A DNA stretch of 64,000 nt from positions 21,948 to 85,947 of the forward strand of contig CALFNR010000144.1 of assembly GCA_937903005.1 (NCBI GenBank), written 5' to 3'. The notes beneath the pieces are model-generated. The model ran no database searches, was not told the origin of the DNA, and saw nothing but the letters and a program-made list of their open reading frames with translations. This document shows, in pieces, positions 26,724-34,156 of the stretch (position 1 is the stretch's first letter; the number at the start of each line of letters is the position of its first letter). This DNA is from an uncultured Lachnoclostridium sp. (GTDB lineage Bacteria > Bacillota > Clostridia > Lachnospirales > Lachnospiraceae). The position numbers and the translations under genes were made by a program.

Positions 26724-28403
26724 ATGGATTTAAATAATATTAGTATGTATTCAGGAAAAAACAAAAGAATTGCCGTAATAGATACAGGCGTCGCATTAAA
26801 AAGTCCTAATATTCATCATTACATGGTTGACGCTCAAAATACTTTTAATGAATGCCACACTTCCTTCATCAAAAATATGCATGGGACATATTGTTCATTA
26901 AGAATTTTGAGTGAACTACCAGAGATAGAGCTTTATTCCTATTGTGCATGTAATAGGGATGGAGAGATAGATATTAATTTAGTGAAATTGGCTATAGAAT
27001 CTGCAATTCAAAACTCTGTTGACGTTATAAATATTAGTTTAAAATTTGATAAATTTTCAGAATCATTATATAATACCTGTAATAAGGCGTATGAAAGCAA
27101 TATCATTATTGTTGCTGCATCGGATGGAAACTTATCATATCCGGCTAATCAAAGAAATGTACTAAGTGTTAGTTCACAAAAATTATTAAAAGGTAATGAA
27201 GTTTTTATAGAATTTGAAAAAGGAAATATAATTCTATATGATAAAGACTTTACTTGTAATTTTGAAGGAAGAAGCATCGTTGTCCCTGTTTCTAGCAGTC
27301 TTGCAAGTGCATATTTAAGTTGCAAAATTATATCTGCAATAAATGAATATCCCCTACTATCTGGGAAAATGCTTTTCCGAAAACTATTAGGGGTTGATCT
27401 TTATTGTGATACTTGCCAAGAAATAGCTGATACAATAAATCCAAACACTTTAGTATTTGATTCATCATATGCATTTACTGAGTTACTAAAATTTCATAGC
27501 TGTATGAATAAAAATATTAAAGGTTACTATGACATATCTAAGGATATATTTACTGATTTTTCAGGAAATGAGTTATTAGATACTTCTGATAGTTTTCTAC
27601 TAGAAGTCAACTCTTCTATAAAAGAGAAAAATTCAGTATACGCTCAGAAAAGACTAAATATTGGTAACCATTCGCTTATTGGAAATTTTACCAATCCTGA
27701 AAATTATGACACCGTTACACTATTACAGCATAAACCGCCAGAGATAGCGTATATAGAAAAGATTAGTAAGCCTATAATTTGCATTTGCGGCTTTGGCCAT
27801 AGTAGTTCAAAGTTCTATACACAAGTAATGCTACATAAACAATTTCTTAATAAAAATAATGCACCTATTTCAATTACTTATAATTCTTTAGGGTACATAT
27901 TCGACTTTAAAGTGTTTAAATATCCTGAAAAGATAATACTTCCAGACTTAATCTATTCCATTAATCAGGATTTATACCTATATGATTCACAATATGTCGA
28001 TAACGATATTTTTATCATTGACATTGCTGGAGGTATCTGCCCTATTAATAATAAAAATAATAACAACTTTGGGAAGCTTTTTGATTCCTACACCGACGCT
28101 GCAAATATTGATATTGTGGTGTTATGTATTAACCAAGCAATTGATCCTATTGTAATTGAGCGCGAAATAAAGAGAATTGAAATGAAAGGCATACCATATA
28201 TCTATTTAGTAATTTCGAATGAATGTTACACGCAAGCGTCACTGGTGCATTCAGACGGCGTTAAGAGTGTATATAAAAATTCGATTTCTGAAAAAGAATT
28301 TTATTCAATGTATAAAGAGATATTTTACAAATACCCAACCTACTTTAAAAGTGACTTGGATAGCGGAAACTTGTTCAATGATATATATAAACTTTTTGTG
28401 TAA
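26724..28403 (+). CDS. subtilisin-like (S8) peptidase fused to a ~330-aa uncharacterised C-terminal domain
   Basis: IAVIDTGV (Asp), MHGTYCS (His), AASDGN (Asn), SSSLASAY (Ser) in the first ~220 aa. I recognise no motif in the rest. Confidence 0.7.
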   Translation: MDLNNISMYSGKNKRIAVIDTGVALKSPNIHHYMVDAQNTFNECHTSFIKNMHGTYCSLRILSELPEIELYSYCACNRDGEIDINLVKLAIESAIQNSVDVINISLKFDKFSESLYNTCNKAYESNIIIVAASDGNLSYPANQRNVLSVSSQKLLKGNEVFIEFEKGNIILYDKDFTCNFEGRSIVVPVSSSLASAYLSCKIISAINEYPLLSGKMLFRKLLGVDLYCDTCQEIADTINPNTLVFDSSYAFTELLKFHSCMNKNIKGYYDISKDIFTDFSGNELLDTSDSFLLEVNSSIKEKNSVYAQKRLNIGNHSLIGNFTNPENYDTVTLLQHKPPEIAYIEKISKPIICICGFGHSSSKFYTQVMLHKQFLNKNNAPISITYNSLGYIFDFKVFKYPEKIILPDLIYSINQDLYLYDSQYVDNDIFIIDIAGGICPINNKNNNNFGKLFDSYTDAANIDIVVLCINQAIDPIVIEREIKRIEMKGIPYIYLVISNECYTQASLVHSDGVKSVYKNSISEKEFYSMYKEIFYKYPTYFKSDLDSGNLFNDIYKLFV

Positions 28404-28454
28404 TAACTTACACTTAGTTAACTAAAATACTTTTGTTAAACAGGAAGGACAAAA

Positions 28455-29195
28455 ATGAACGAAAATTATATAAGAGGAATTATTAAAAAGAAGAATTTTG
28501 AACTTGATGATGAATATTACAATAGCATCGCTGCATTAAAAGACTTAAATAAGTTGGATTTTAATAGACCCGTCACATTTTTCGTTGGAGAAAATGGTAC
28601 TGGTAAATCTACTGTTTTAGAAGCAATCGCCGTTGCTCATGGTTTCAATCCAGAAGGTGGGAGTATAAACTTTAATTTTGAATCTAAAAGTACACATTCT
28701 AACCTATATAAGCAACTTACACTAGTTAAAGGAGCTAAGAGACCCAAGGATGGCTTTTTCTTACGTGCAGAGAGCTTTTATAATGTTGCTACCGAAATTG
28801 ATAATTTGAATGACTCTGCAGATGTATTTTTGGACAACTATGGCGGCAAGTCATTGCATAAACAATCTCACGGAGAGAGCTTTCTATCACTAATACAATA
28901 TAGATTTCATGGCAACGGATTATACCTGTTAGATGAACCAGAAGCTGCTTTATCGCCACAACGTCTCTTAACAATGCTCATATATATTAATAAATTAGTA
29001 CAAGAAAATTCACAATTCATAATCGTAACCCATTCTCCAATTTTACTAGGTTATAGAGATGCTGACATTTATTCATTTGACAACGGAGAAATTGAAAAAA
29101 TAAAGTACGAAGAAACCGAAAGTTATTTTATAACTAAAACATTTTTAGATGATCCAGATAGAATGCTGGCCAATCTATTTGACAACGATTATTAA
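28455..29195 (+). CDS. stand-alone ABC/SMC-head-like AAA ATPase
   Basis: Walker A GENGTGKST, SHGES signature-like loop, Walker B LYLLDEPEAALS, THSP. No TM or partner permease. Confidence 0.75.
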   Translation: MNENYIRGIIKKKNFELDDEYYNSIAALKDLNKLDFNRPVTFFVGENGTGKSTVLEAIAVAHGFNPEGGSINFNFESKSTHSNLYKQLTLVKGAKRPKDGFFLRAESFYNVATEIDNLNDSADVFLDNYGGKSLHKQSHGESFLSLIQYRFHGNGLYLLDEPEAALSPQRLLTMLIYINKLVQENSQFIIVTHSPILLGYRDADIYSFDNGEIEKIKYEETESYFITKTFLDDPDRMLANLFDNDY

Positions 29196-29268
29196 TTAAA
29201 TTAATTTGACTACTCAATATTTACAAGTTAGTTATCCTGAATCTCCTGTAGAATATAAAATTAGAAGT

Positions 29269-29345
29269 ATTTACCGCCTCCTTTATATAAAAAGGGGGCT
29301 CGCGAATCGCTACATCTAAGCTATAATATAAATACAGTGATTAAT
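29269..29345 (+). promoter_or_regulatory. class-B promoter
   Basis: ATTTACCGCC, GC box GGGGCTCGCGAAT (29295-29307), GCTATAATATAAATAC, AGTGATTAAT. Confidence 0.55.
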
Positions 29346-29376
29346 AATTTTAATATTTGATTGGAGAAAAATAAAT

Positions 29377-30408
29377 ATGAGAATAACAAAAAGATTTGAA
29401 ATTGGAAGTCAGCACTTAATGGCGAAAGGAACTCTTAAAGTAAAGAGCTACTTTGAAGAAAACGACATTTTATATATGGTTTACACTTTAAATGAAGACC
29501 CAACTGAATATACTAACAAATATGTAAATGTGATTTCTATCATTTACAAATGGCAAAAGAAAAATGGTATTACATCGGCAACTACTGTTGAAGAGTTCGT
29601 TGAATTAACATTAACAAGAAGTCTTAAATTTGGCCTAGAAATGGAGCTTACGGTTCCATCTAAAGAGCTTCTTAGAACAAAACTAATTGAAGCCGGCGTG
29701 AGAGTATCTAATCCATCATCTACACACGAAGTTGTTGTTGGTTGGAAACTAGTATATGATGGTTCAATCCAAACTTCTAGGGGTTATGAAGGCGTAGAGC
29801 TTGTTGCTCCACCAAGTACAAATTTTGATGAATTAGAAATCGTATGTAAAGTTCTTAATGAGATCGGAGCAAAAGTAAATAATTCTTGCGGGTTACACGT
29901 TCACCATGAAATCGCTGATTTCAAAAGACAACAAATTCTTAGAATGTACAATTTCTATAGCAAATATGAAGAGGTAATCAATAGCTTCATGCCTGCTTCA
30001 AGATTAAATAATAGATATTGTCAACCTGTTTCTAGAATCATCGATAAAGTAAATAACTGCCCTACTAAAGAAAAATTACTAAAAGATATTGCGGGTAAGG
30101 GTGCAAGAGGTTATTATGATAGTTGTAGATACTACACAATGAACTTAAGAAGTTACCTGTATTATGGTACCATTGAGTTCCGCCAACATGCTGGGTCTAC
30201 AAACTTCGAAGAAATCTCAAATTGGATTCTATTCACTCACAAAATCTTAGAAAGAGGATTAGAGATTGGAAACAATGTTCAACCATTAGATAGTAGCATT
30301 ACTACTAAAAAGGCTAAGTACGAAGAGCTTAAAAAGGAACTTAAAATTGAGAGAACTAAATTAGCAAAACACTTTGAAAATAGATTAAAGAAAGCGAGAG
30401 TGGCCTAA
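29377..30408 (+). CDS. putative amidoligase (Amidoligase_2, glutamine-synthetase-like fold) with N-terminal phage-specific domain
   Basis: GLEMELTVP, WKLVYDGSI, GVELVAPP, CGLHVHHE, YYTMNLRS, GTIEFRQHAGS. The N-terminal ~60 aa is paralogous to the ORF at 8765. Confidence 0.65.
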   Translation: MRITKRFEIGSQHLMAKGTLKVKSYFEENDILYMVYTLNEDPTEYTNKYVNVISIIYKWQKKNGITSATTVEEFVELTLTRSLKFGLEMELTVPSKELLRTKLIEAGVRVSNPSSTHEVVVGWKLVYDGSIQTSRGYEGVELVAPPSTNFDELEIVCKVLNEIGAKVNNSCGLHVHHEIADFKRQQILRMYNFYSKYEEVINSFMPASRLNNRYCQPVSRIIDKVNNCPTKEKLLKDIAGKGARGYYDSCRYYTMNLRSYLYYGTIEFRQHAGSTNFEEISNWILFTHKILERGLEIGNNVQPLDSSITTKKAKYEELKKELKIERTKLAKHFENRLKKARVA

Positions 30409-30445
30409 GGGTCACTTTTGCATATGTGAGAAAGGAATATTATAT

Positions 30446-30631
30446 ATGACTGAACAACAAGCAATGGATATTATCAATAAAGCGAGAATAAGCAACTCAT
30501 TTACAATGGGTCAAACTACTGAGGAATTTATACAGAATCTTAGAAAGCGTTACTTACAGATTTACAATATCGTATTGCCTGCAGATCATATCGAGATTGC
30601 CAAGGTAATCCTGGAGTTAGATGAAGAGTAA
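30446..30631 (+). CDS. hypothetical protein
   Basis: 61-aa ORF, AAAGGAA RBS, followed by a terminator. Confidence 0.45.
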   Translation: MTEQQAMDIINKARISNSFTMGQTTEEFIQNLRKRYLQIYNIVLPADHIEIAKVILELDEE

Positions 30632-30660
30632 AACACTAAAATATTGCAATACAGAGTCTT

Positions 30661-30700
30661 AGAGCGGAATTAGATTGAAGTCTAGTTCTGCTCTTTTTTT
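30661..30700 (+). terminator. rho-independent terminator
   Basis: AGAGCGGAA-N16-TTCTGCTCT plus T7. Confidence 0.7.
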
Positions 30701-30706
30701 ACTGTA

Positions 30707-30785
30707 AATTACCAAGTAAATTCTCAAAATAGGGCGCTCGCGAATGGCTCGAACTACGCTATAATATAAATATGTTAGTGATTAA
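30707..30785 (+). promoter_or_regulatory. class-B promoter
   Basis: AATTACCA, GC box GGGCGCTCGCGAAT (30732-30745), GCTATAATATAAATAT, AGTGATTAA. Confidence 0.55.
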
Positions 30786-30811
30786 ATAATTTATTGATTG
30801 GAGAATATGAT

Positions 30812-31477
30812 ATGTATAATAATTTTTTAGAAATGAATAGAGAAGAATTTAAGGCTATGGCTATGGAACTTACATTAAAGAAGATCGCAGAAATCGCTGT
30901 TGAATACCAAATCACAGTAAACACAAAAACTAAAAAGACTGTTGCTGTTGCTCAGTTAGTTGCTGAATTTGAAAGACTTCAAGCGGAACAAGCAGTAGAA
31001 GAGGAAACAAATACTTGCGACTCTAATTCAGCTCTTGATGAAGAATCTCTTTCTTCTATTGTTGCAATGCAAGAGAAGCTTTCAGAGCTTGGTGTTCAGG
31101 TAATGCCAATGAGAGATAACTTCTTTTTCTCTGGAAGAGTAGAGCTTACATGCGAGAGAAATTTCGAAGTGACATATGACATCGAGACAAGAGAGTTTGC
31201 TCTTGCAACTACTTTCTCAAACCAGGTACTCGATGAAGATTACCTAAAACTTCTTATGAAGATTTCCAATGTGATTAATGGAAATGAAAATCGTACTACA
31301 AGCAAATATGGTGTTGGAACAACTCATATGACCGCCAAAGGTGAAATCGAGATTACTAAAGTTTTCTTAGAAAATGGCGTTGAAATGATCGAGTATAAAA
31401 TCGGAAATGACTTCAAAATAAATAAGAAGGTGAATGTGGTATCTAATATCCATAAATTCGCTAAACGTGCAAACTAG
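30812..31477 (+). CDS. hypothetical protein (SAP-like N-terminus; C-terminal ~55-aa shared domain)
   Basis: ATG 30812 follows GGAG. C-terminus KYGVGTTHMTAKGEIEITKVFLENGVEMIEY..NVVSNIHKF. Confidence 0.6.
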   Translation: MYNNFLEMNREEFKAMAMELTLKKIAEIAVEYQITVNTKTKKTVAVAQLVAEFERLQAEQAVEEETNTCDSNSALDEESLSSIVAMQEKLSELGVQVMPMRDNFFFSGRVELTCERNFEVTYDIETREFALATTFSNQVLDEDYLKLLMKISNVINGNENRTTSKYGVGTTHMTAKGEIEITKVFLENGVEMIEYKIGNDFKINKKVNVVSNIHKFAKRAN

Positions 31478-31481
31478 TGAA

Positions 31482-31560
31482 AATTACCGCCATGCATTGA
31501 TAACTTAGGGGCTCCCGGGTTGTCAATGTTACGGTATAATATAAATATATTAGTGATTTA
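31482..31560 (+). promoter_or_regulatory. class-B promoter
   Basis: AATTACCGCC, GC box GGGGCTCCCGGGT (31508-31520), GGTATAATATAAATAT, AGTGATTTA. Confidence 0.55.
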
Positions 31561-31576
31561 ATTAAGGAGAATTGAA

Positions 31577-31903
31577 ATGAATAAAGTTATTGTAAAAGAA
31601 CCAGGTAAGGGCTTAGTGATTGAGAATGTAGAAAAAGTTGATTTAGATTACTTTTACTCTAAGTGCGGAGCCCCAATAGATATGATGGAAGTTGGAGAAG
31701 GAGTCGATATTGTTTTCAATGATGAAATGCTTATGCGTGATGAATTTGAACCAAACTTCTGTTTCTTTGGTAATGGAAGAATACAACCATTACATGGAAC
31801 CGTAATCTTTGTCGGCGTTGATTATTGCACTGGAAAGTCAAAGGGATTAACCGCCGATGAAATTATTACAATCTATGAAAGCTTTGCAGATGATGAAAAA
31901 TAA
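31577..31903 (+). CDS. hypothetical protein
   Basis: 108-aa ORF, AAGGAGA RBS, class-B promoter upstream, terminator downstream. Confidence 0.55.
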   Translation: MNKVIVKEPGKGLVIENVEKVDLDYFYSKCGAPIDMMEVGEGVDIVFNDEMLMRDEFEPNFCFFGNGRIQPLHGTVIFVGVDYCTGKSKGLTADEIITIYESFADDEK

Positions 31904-31908
31904 CGTTT

Positions 31909-31935
31909 AGACTACCACTATACGGTAGTCTTTTT
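31909..31935 (+). terminator. rho-independent terminator
   Basis: AGACTACC-actatac-GGTAGTCT plus TTTTT. Confidence 0.8.
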
Positions 31936-32066
31936 GCTTTATAGTTCTTGTAAATATCTAATTAAATGTTCCCGAATTTGCCCTTGCTATGTTATTATAT
32001 AAATCTACCAATCAATACATGCAGATTTTGGAGCTAGAATATGAAACTCACAGAGGAGGTTATAAT

Positions 32067-32438
32067 ATGGATTCAATAGGGGAACGTATTCGCAAATTAA
32101 GAAAATCAAAAGGAATTACACAAACAGAAATACAAGAAAAGACTGGTATTTCTTCAGGAAATATAAGTGAAATAGAAAATGGTAGGTATCTACCATCTGC
32201 TATCGCACTCATGGAGCTATCTAAAATTTTAGAGTGCTCGACTGATTATATCCTGTTTGGTGATTCTCACCCACCTAAAAGTACTAGCAATATTTCTAAT
32301 AATGAAATATATTTACTTAATGAACAAGAAGCTCGCTTATTAAATTATTATCGTGAAATATCTAAACCAGAACAAGAAGAACTAGTTTGTATTGCAAAGA
32401 TGAAATTTAATAAAGAATTGAGAATATTTGATATATAA
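32067..32438 (+). CDS. XRE-family HTH transcriptional regulator (candidate phage repressor)
   Basis: IGERIRKLRKSKGITQTEIQEKTGISSGNISEIENGRYLPS. ATG 32067 follows GAGGAGG. No S24 peptidase-like C-terminus. Confidence 0.85.
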   Translation: MDSIGERIRKLRKSKGITQTEIQEKTGISSGNISEIENGRYLPSAIALMELSKILECSTDYILFGDSHPPKSTSNISNNEIYLLNEQEARLLNYYREISKPEQEELVCIAKMKFNKELRIFDI

Positions 32439-32500
32439 ACCGAATGATATGTAAATTATCACAAAAATAACTGTATACTTCGTTAAATTGTTGCTATTTT

Positions 32501-32529
32501 TTGACGAAAATTCTTCTCTGTGGTATAAT
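32501..32529 (+). promoter_or_regulatory. consensus sigma-A promoter of the agrC-like/agrD-like operon
   Basis: TTGACG-N17-TATAAT with TGg extended -10. Confidence 0.65.
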
Positions 32530-32558
32530 AATAGAAAAAAATATACAGGGGGGATTTT

Positions 32559-33935
32559 TTGAAATCGTTATTTGTTATTCTAATTCTTCTATGCAGACTT
32601 ACAGAACCCTTTGTATGGGATTGGTTCTGTTCTAAGCTTGCGTGCACATTGGTTATAACAAATACAAAAGATAAAAAGAAAAGCTTATTACTATTCATTC
32701 TTGCTTGTTTTGGAAGTTTCCTGATAAGTGATTTTATTGGAGAATTAAACGTTCTATCATTCTTGTTTAATAACTCCTTAATAGTTATTTTTTACTTTTA
32801 TGCGGTTAGGGTTTATCATCTTAACTTCAAGATTGTTTGTGGCTGTTTATCTATTCACTACATATTTTCTTGCTTTACGGAGTATCTTCTTTCGTTCTTA
32901 CAGATTATTATTTTCAACTCATTAAGAATTACTTCGTTTGAACCGTCACTAACACGATGTATTATGTATATTATTTTTACGGTGCTTTCCTTCTTGGTTT
33001 TCTTTTTTCTATCAAGGTTGGATCTACATGCTCTTTGTGCCTTGGAGCATGACCGTATCTTTTATACTTTAGTTTTCGTTTTTACATTGGACATATTTGC
33101 CTTTTGCTTGTTTTCCTGTATTCCTAACGAAAACATTTTTAACATTGGGACATTTGTATCTCTTATGATAGAGGTAGCCGTTACTTGTCATGCTTTACGA
33201 ATGTTATTTCTGGATGTTAATACTTTAAGAAATTTTGAAACCGAATTACTTTGTACGAAAAATAGGCTTGAAATGTTTCAGTTTGACGCGGATAAATTAG
33301 AACAGACTTCTAAATTCATGCATGATGTGAAACACCACATTAATACAATTTCTTATTACCTGGAGCATGACGACATGAAGTCTGCAAAAGAGTATATTTC
33401 GGGTCTTACACCTGCTATGGACGATTTGCGTATCGAAGACTTTGGTTACAACCGCTTTAGCAACTTGATTCATAAGAAAGTACTTGAGGCTAAAAGTCAT
33501 GGGATTGATTTTACCTTTTCGAGCGAACTTATTGATTTAAAGATTCCACTTTATGAACTTAGTTCTGTATTTAACAATTTACTAGATAATGCAATCGAAG
33601 GGTGCCTGGCCAATACCGCCTCGACTTATCACAATATTTCCTTTTTCATTCGTAAAATGCCTACGGAAATATTGATTATTGTTATCAATGATTGCCTGCC
33701 TACTTTAGATGGTGTTCCTACTGGAACCACTAAAGACGATAAAGAAAATCACGGTTTTGGCATTGGTATTATTACTGATTTTGCATATAAGTATTCCGGT
33801 GATTCGTTTATTCTTGCGGAAGATAGTCTTTTTATGGTGCAAATAAGTTTACCTCTCAATTATGGGGTTTGGGAGGAAAACGATTCAATTGACACCGAAA
33901 TTACCGATTTAGAATCTTCACTTGATTTAACTTGA
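32559..33935 (+). CDS. agrC: AgrC-like membrane sensor histidine kinase (GHKL)
   Basis: ~200-aa polytopic N-terminus, H-box SKFMHDVKHHINTI, N-box FNNLLDNAIEG, G-box ENHGFGIGI. TTG start after a G-rich RBS. Confidence 0.75.
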   Translation: MKSLFVILILLCRLTEPFVWDWFCSKLACTLVITNTKDKKKSLLLFILACFGSFLISDFIGELNVLSFLFNNSLIVIFYFYAVRVYHLNFKIVCGCLSIHYIFSCFTEYLLSFLQIIIFNSLRITSFEPSLTRCIMYIIFTVLSFLVFFFLSRLDLHALCALEHDRIFYTLVFVFTLDIFAFCLFSCIPNENIFNIGTFVSLMIEVAVTCHALRMLFLDVNTLRNFETELLCTKNRLEMFQFDADKLEQTSKFMHDVKHHINTISYYLEHDDMKSAKEYISGLTPAMDDLRIEDFGYNRFSNLIHKKVLEAKSHGIDFTFSSELIDLKIPLYELSSVFNNLLDNAIEGCLANTASTYHNISFFIRKMPTEILIIVINDCLPTLDGVPTGTTKDDKENHGFGIGIITDFAYKYSGDSFILAEDSLFMVQISLPLNYGVWEENDSIDTEITDLESSLDLT

Positions 33936-33968
33936 TTTAAGAAGCTTCCTGGGGAGGAGGTGATTTTT

Positions 33969-34115
33969 ATGAAGAAACTAACGACAAAGCTTTTAAGAAA
34001 CTTCGCAGAATCTTCACTTCGTAATGAAGTTTCTTATTGCCATTATTATTGTTATCAGCCAAAAGTTCCACAAATGGATAAAATTGTCGAGCGTTTTGGG
34101 AAAAGAAAAATCTAA
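33969..34115 (+). CDS. agrD: 48-aa AgrD-like autoinducing-peptide precursor (not in ORF track)
   Basis: ATG 7 nt after GGGGAGGAGGTG. MKKLTTKLLRNFAESSLRNEVSYCHYYCYQPKVPQMDKIVERFGKRKI has a leader, a Cys-containing core, then a QPxxP tail. Ends at a bidirectional terminator. Confidence 0.55.
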   Translation: MKKLTTKLLRNFAESSLRNEVSYCHYYCYQPKVPQMDKIVERFGKRKI

Positions 34116-34150
34116 TTTTTTAGCACCAAGAAAGTTCTTGGTGCTTTTTA
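34115..34150. terminator. bidirectional terminator between the agrD-like gene and the recombinase
   Basis: AGCACCAAGAA/TTCTTGGTGCT stem flanked by T6 on the + strand and A-run/T5 on the other side. Confidence 0.75.
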
Positions 34151-34156
34151 ATTTAA

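Larger units (their letters stand above)
22892..29260 (+). other. accessory (moron-like) island: RiPP operon plus ATPase
   Basis: No phage promoter cassette inside, own sigma-A promoter, hand-sampled stretches look more AT-rich, bracketed by cassette-driven phage genes. Confidence 0.55.
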
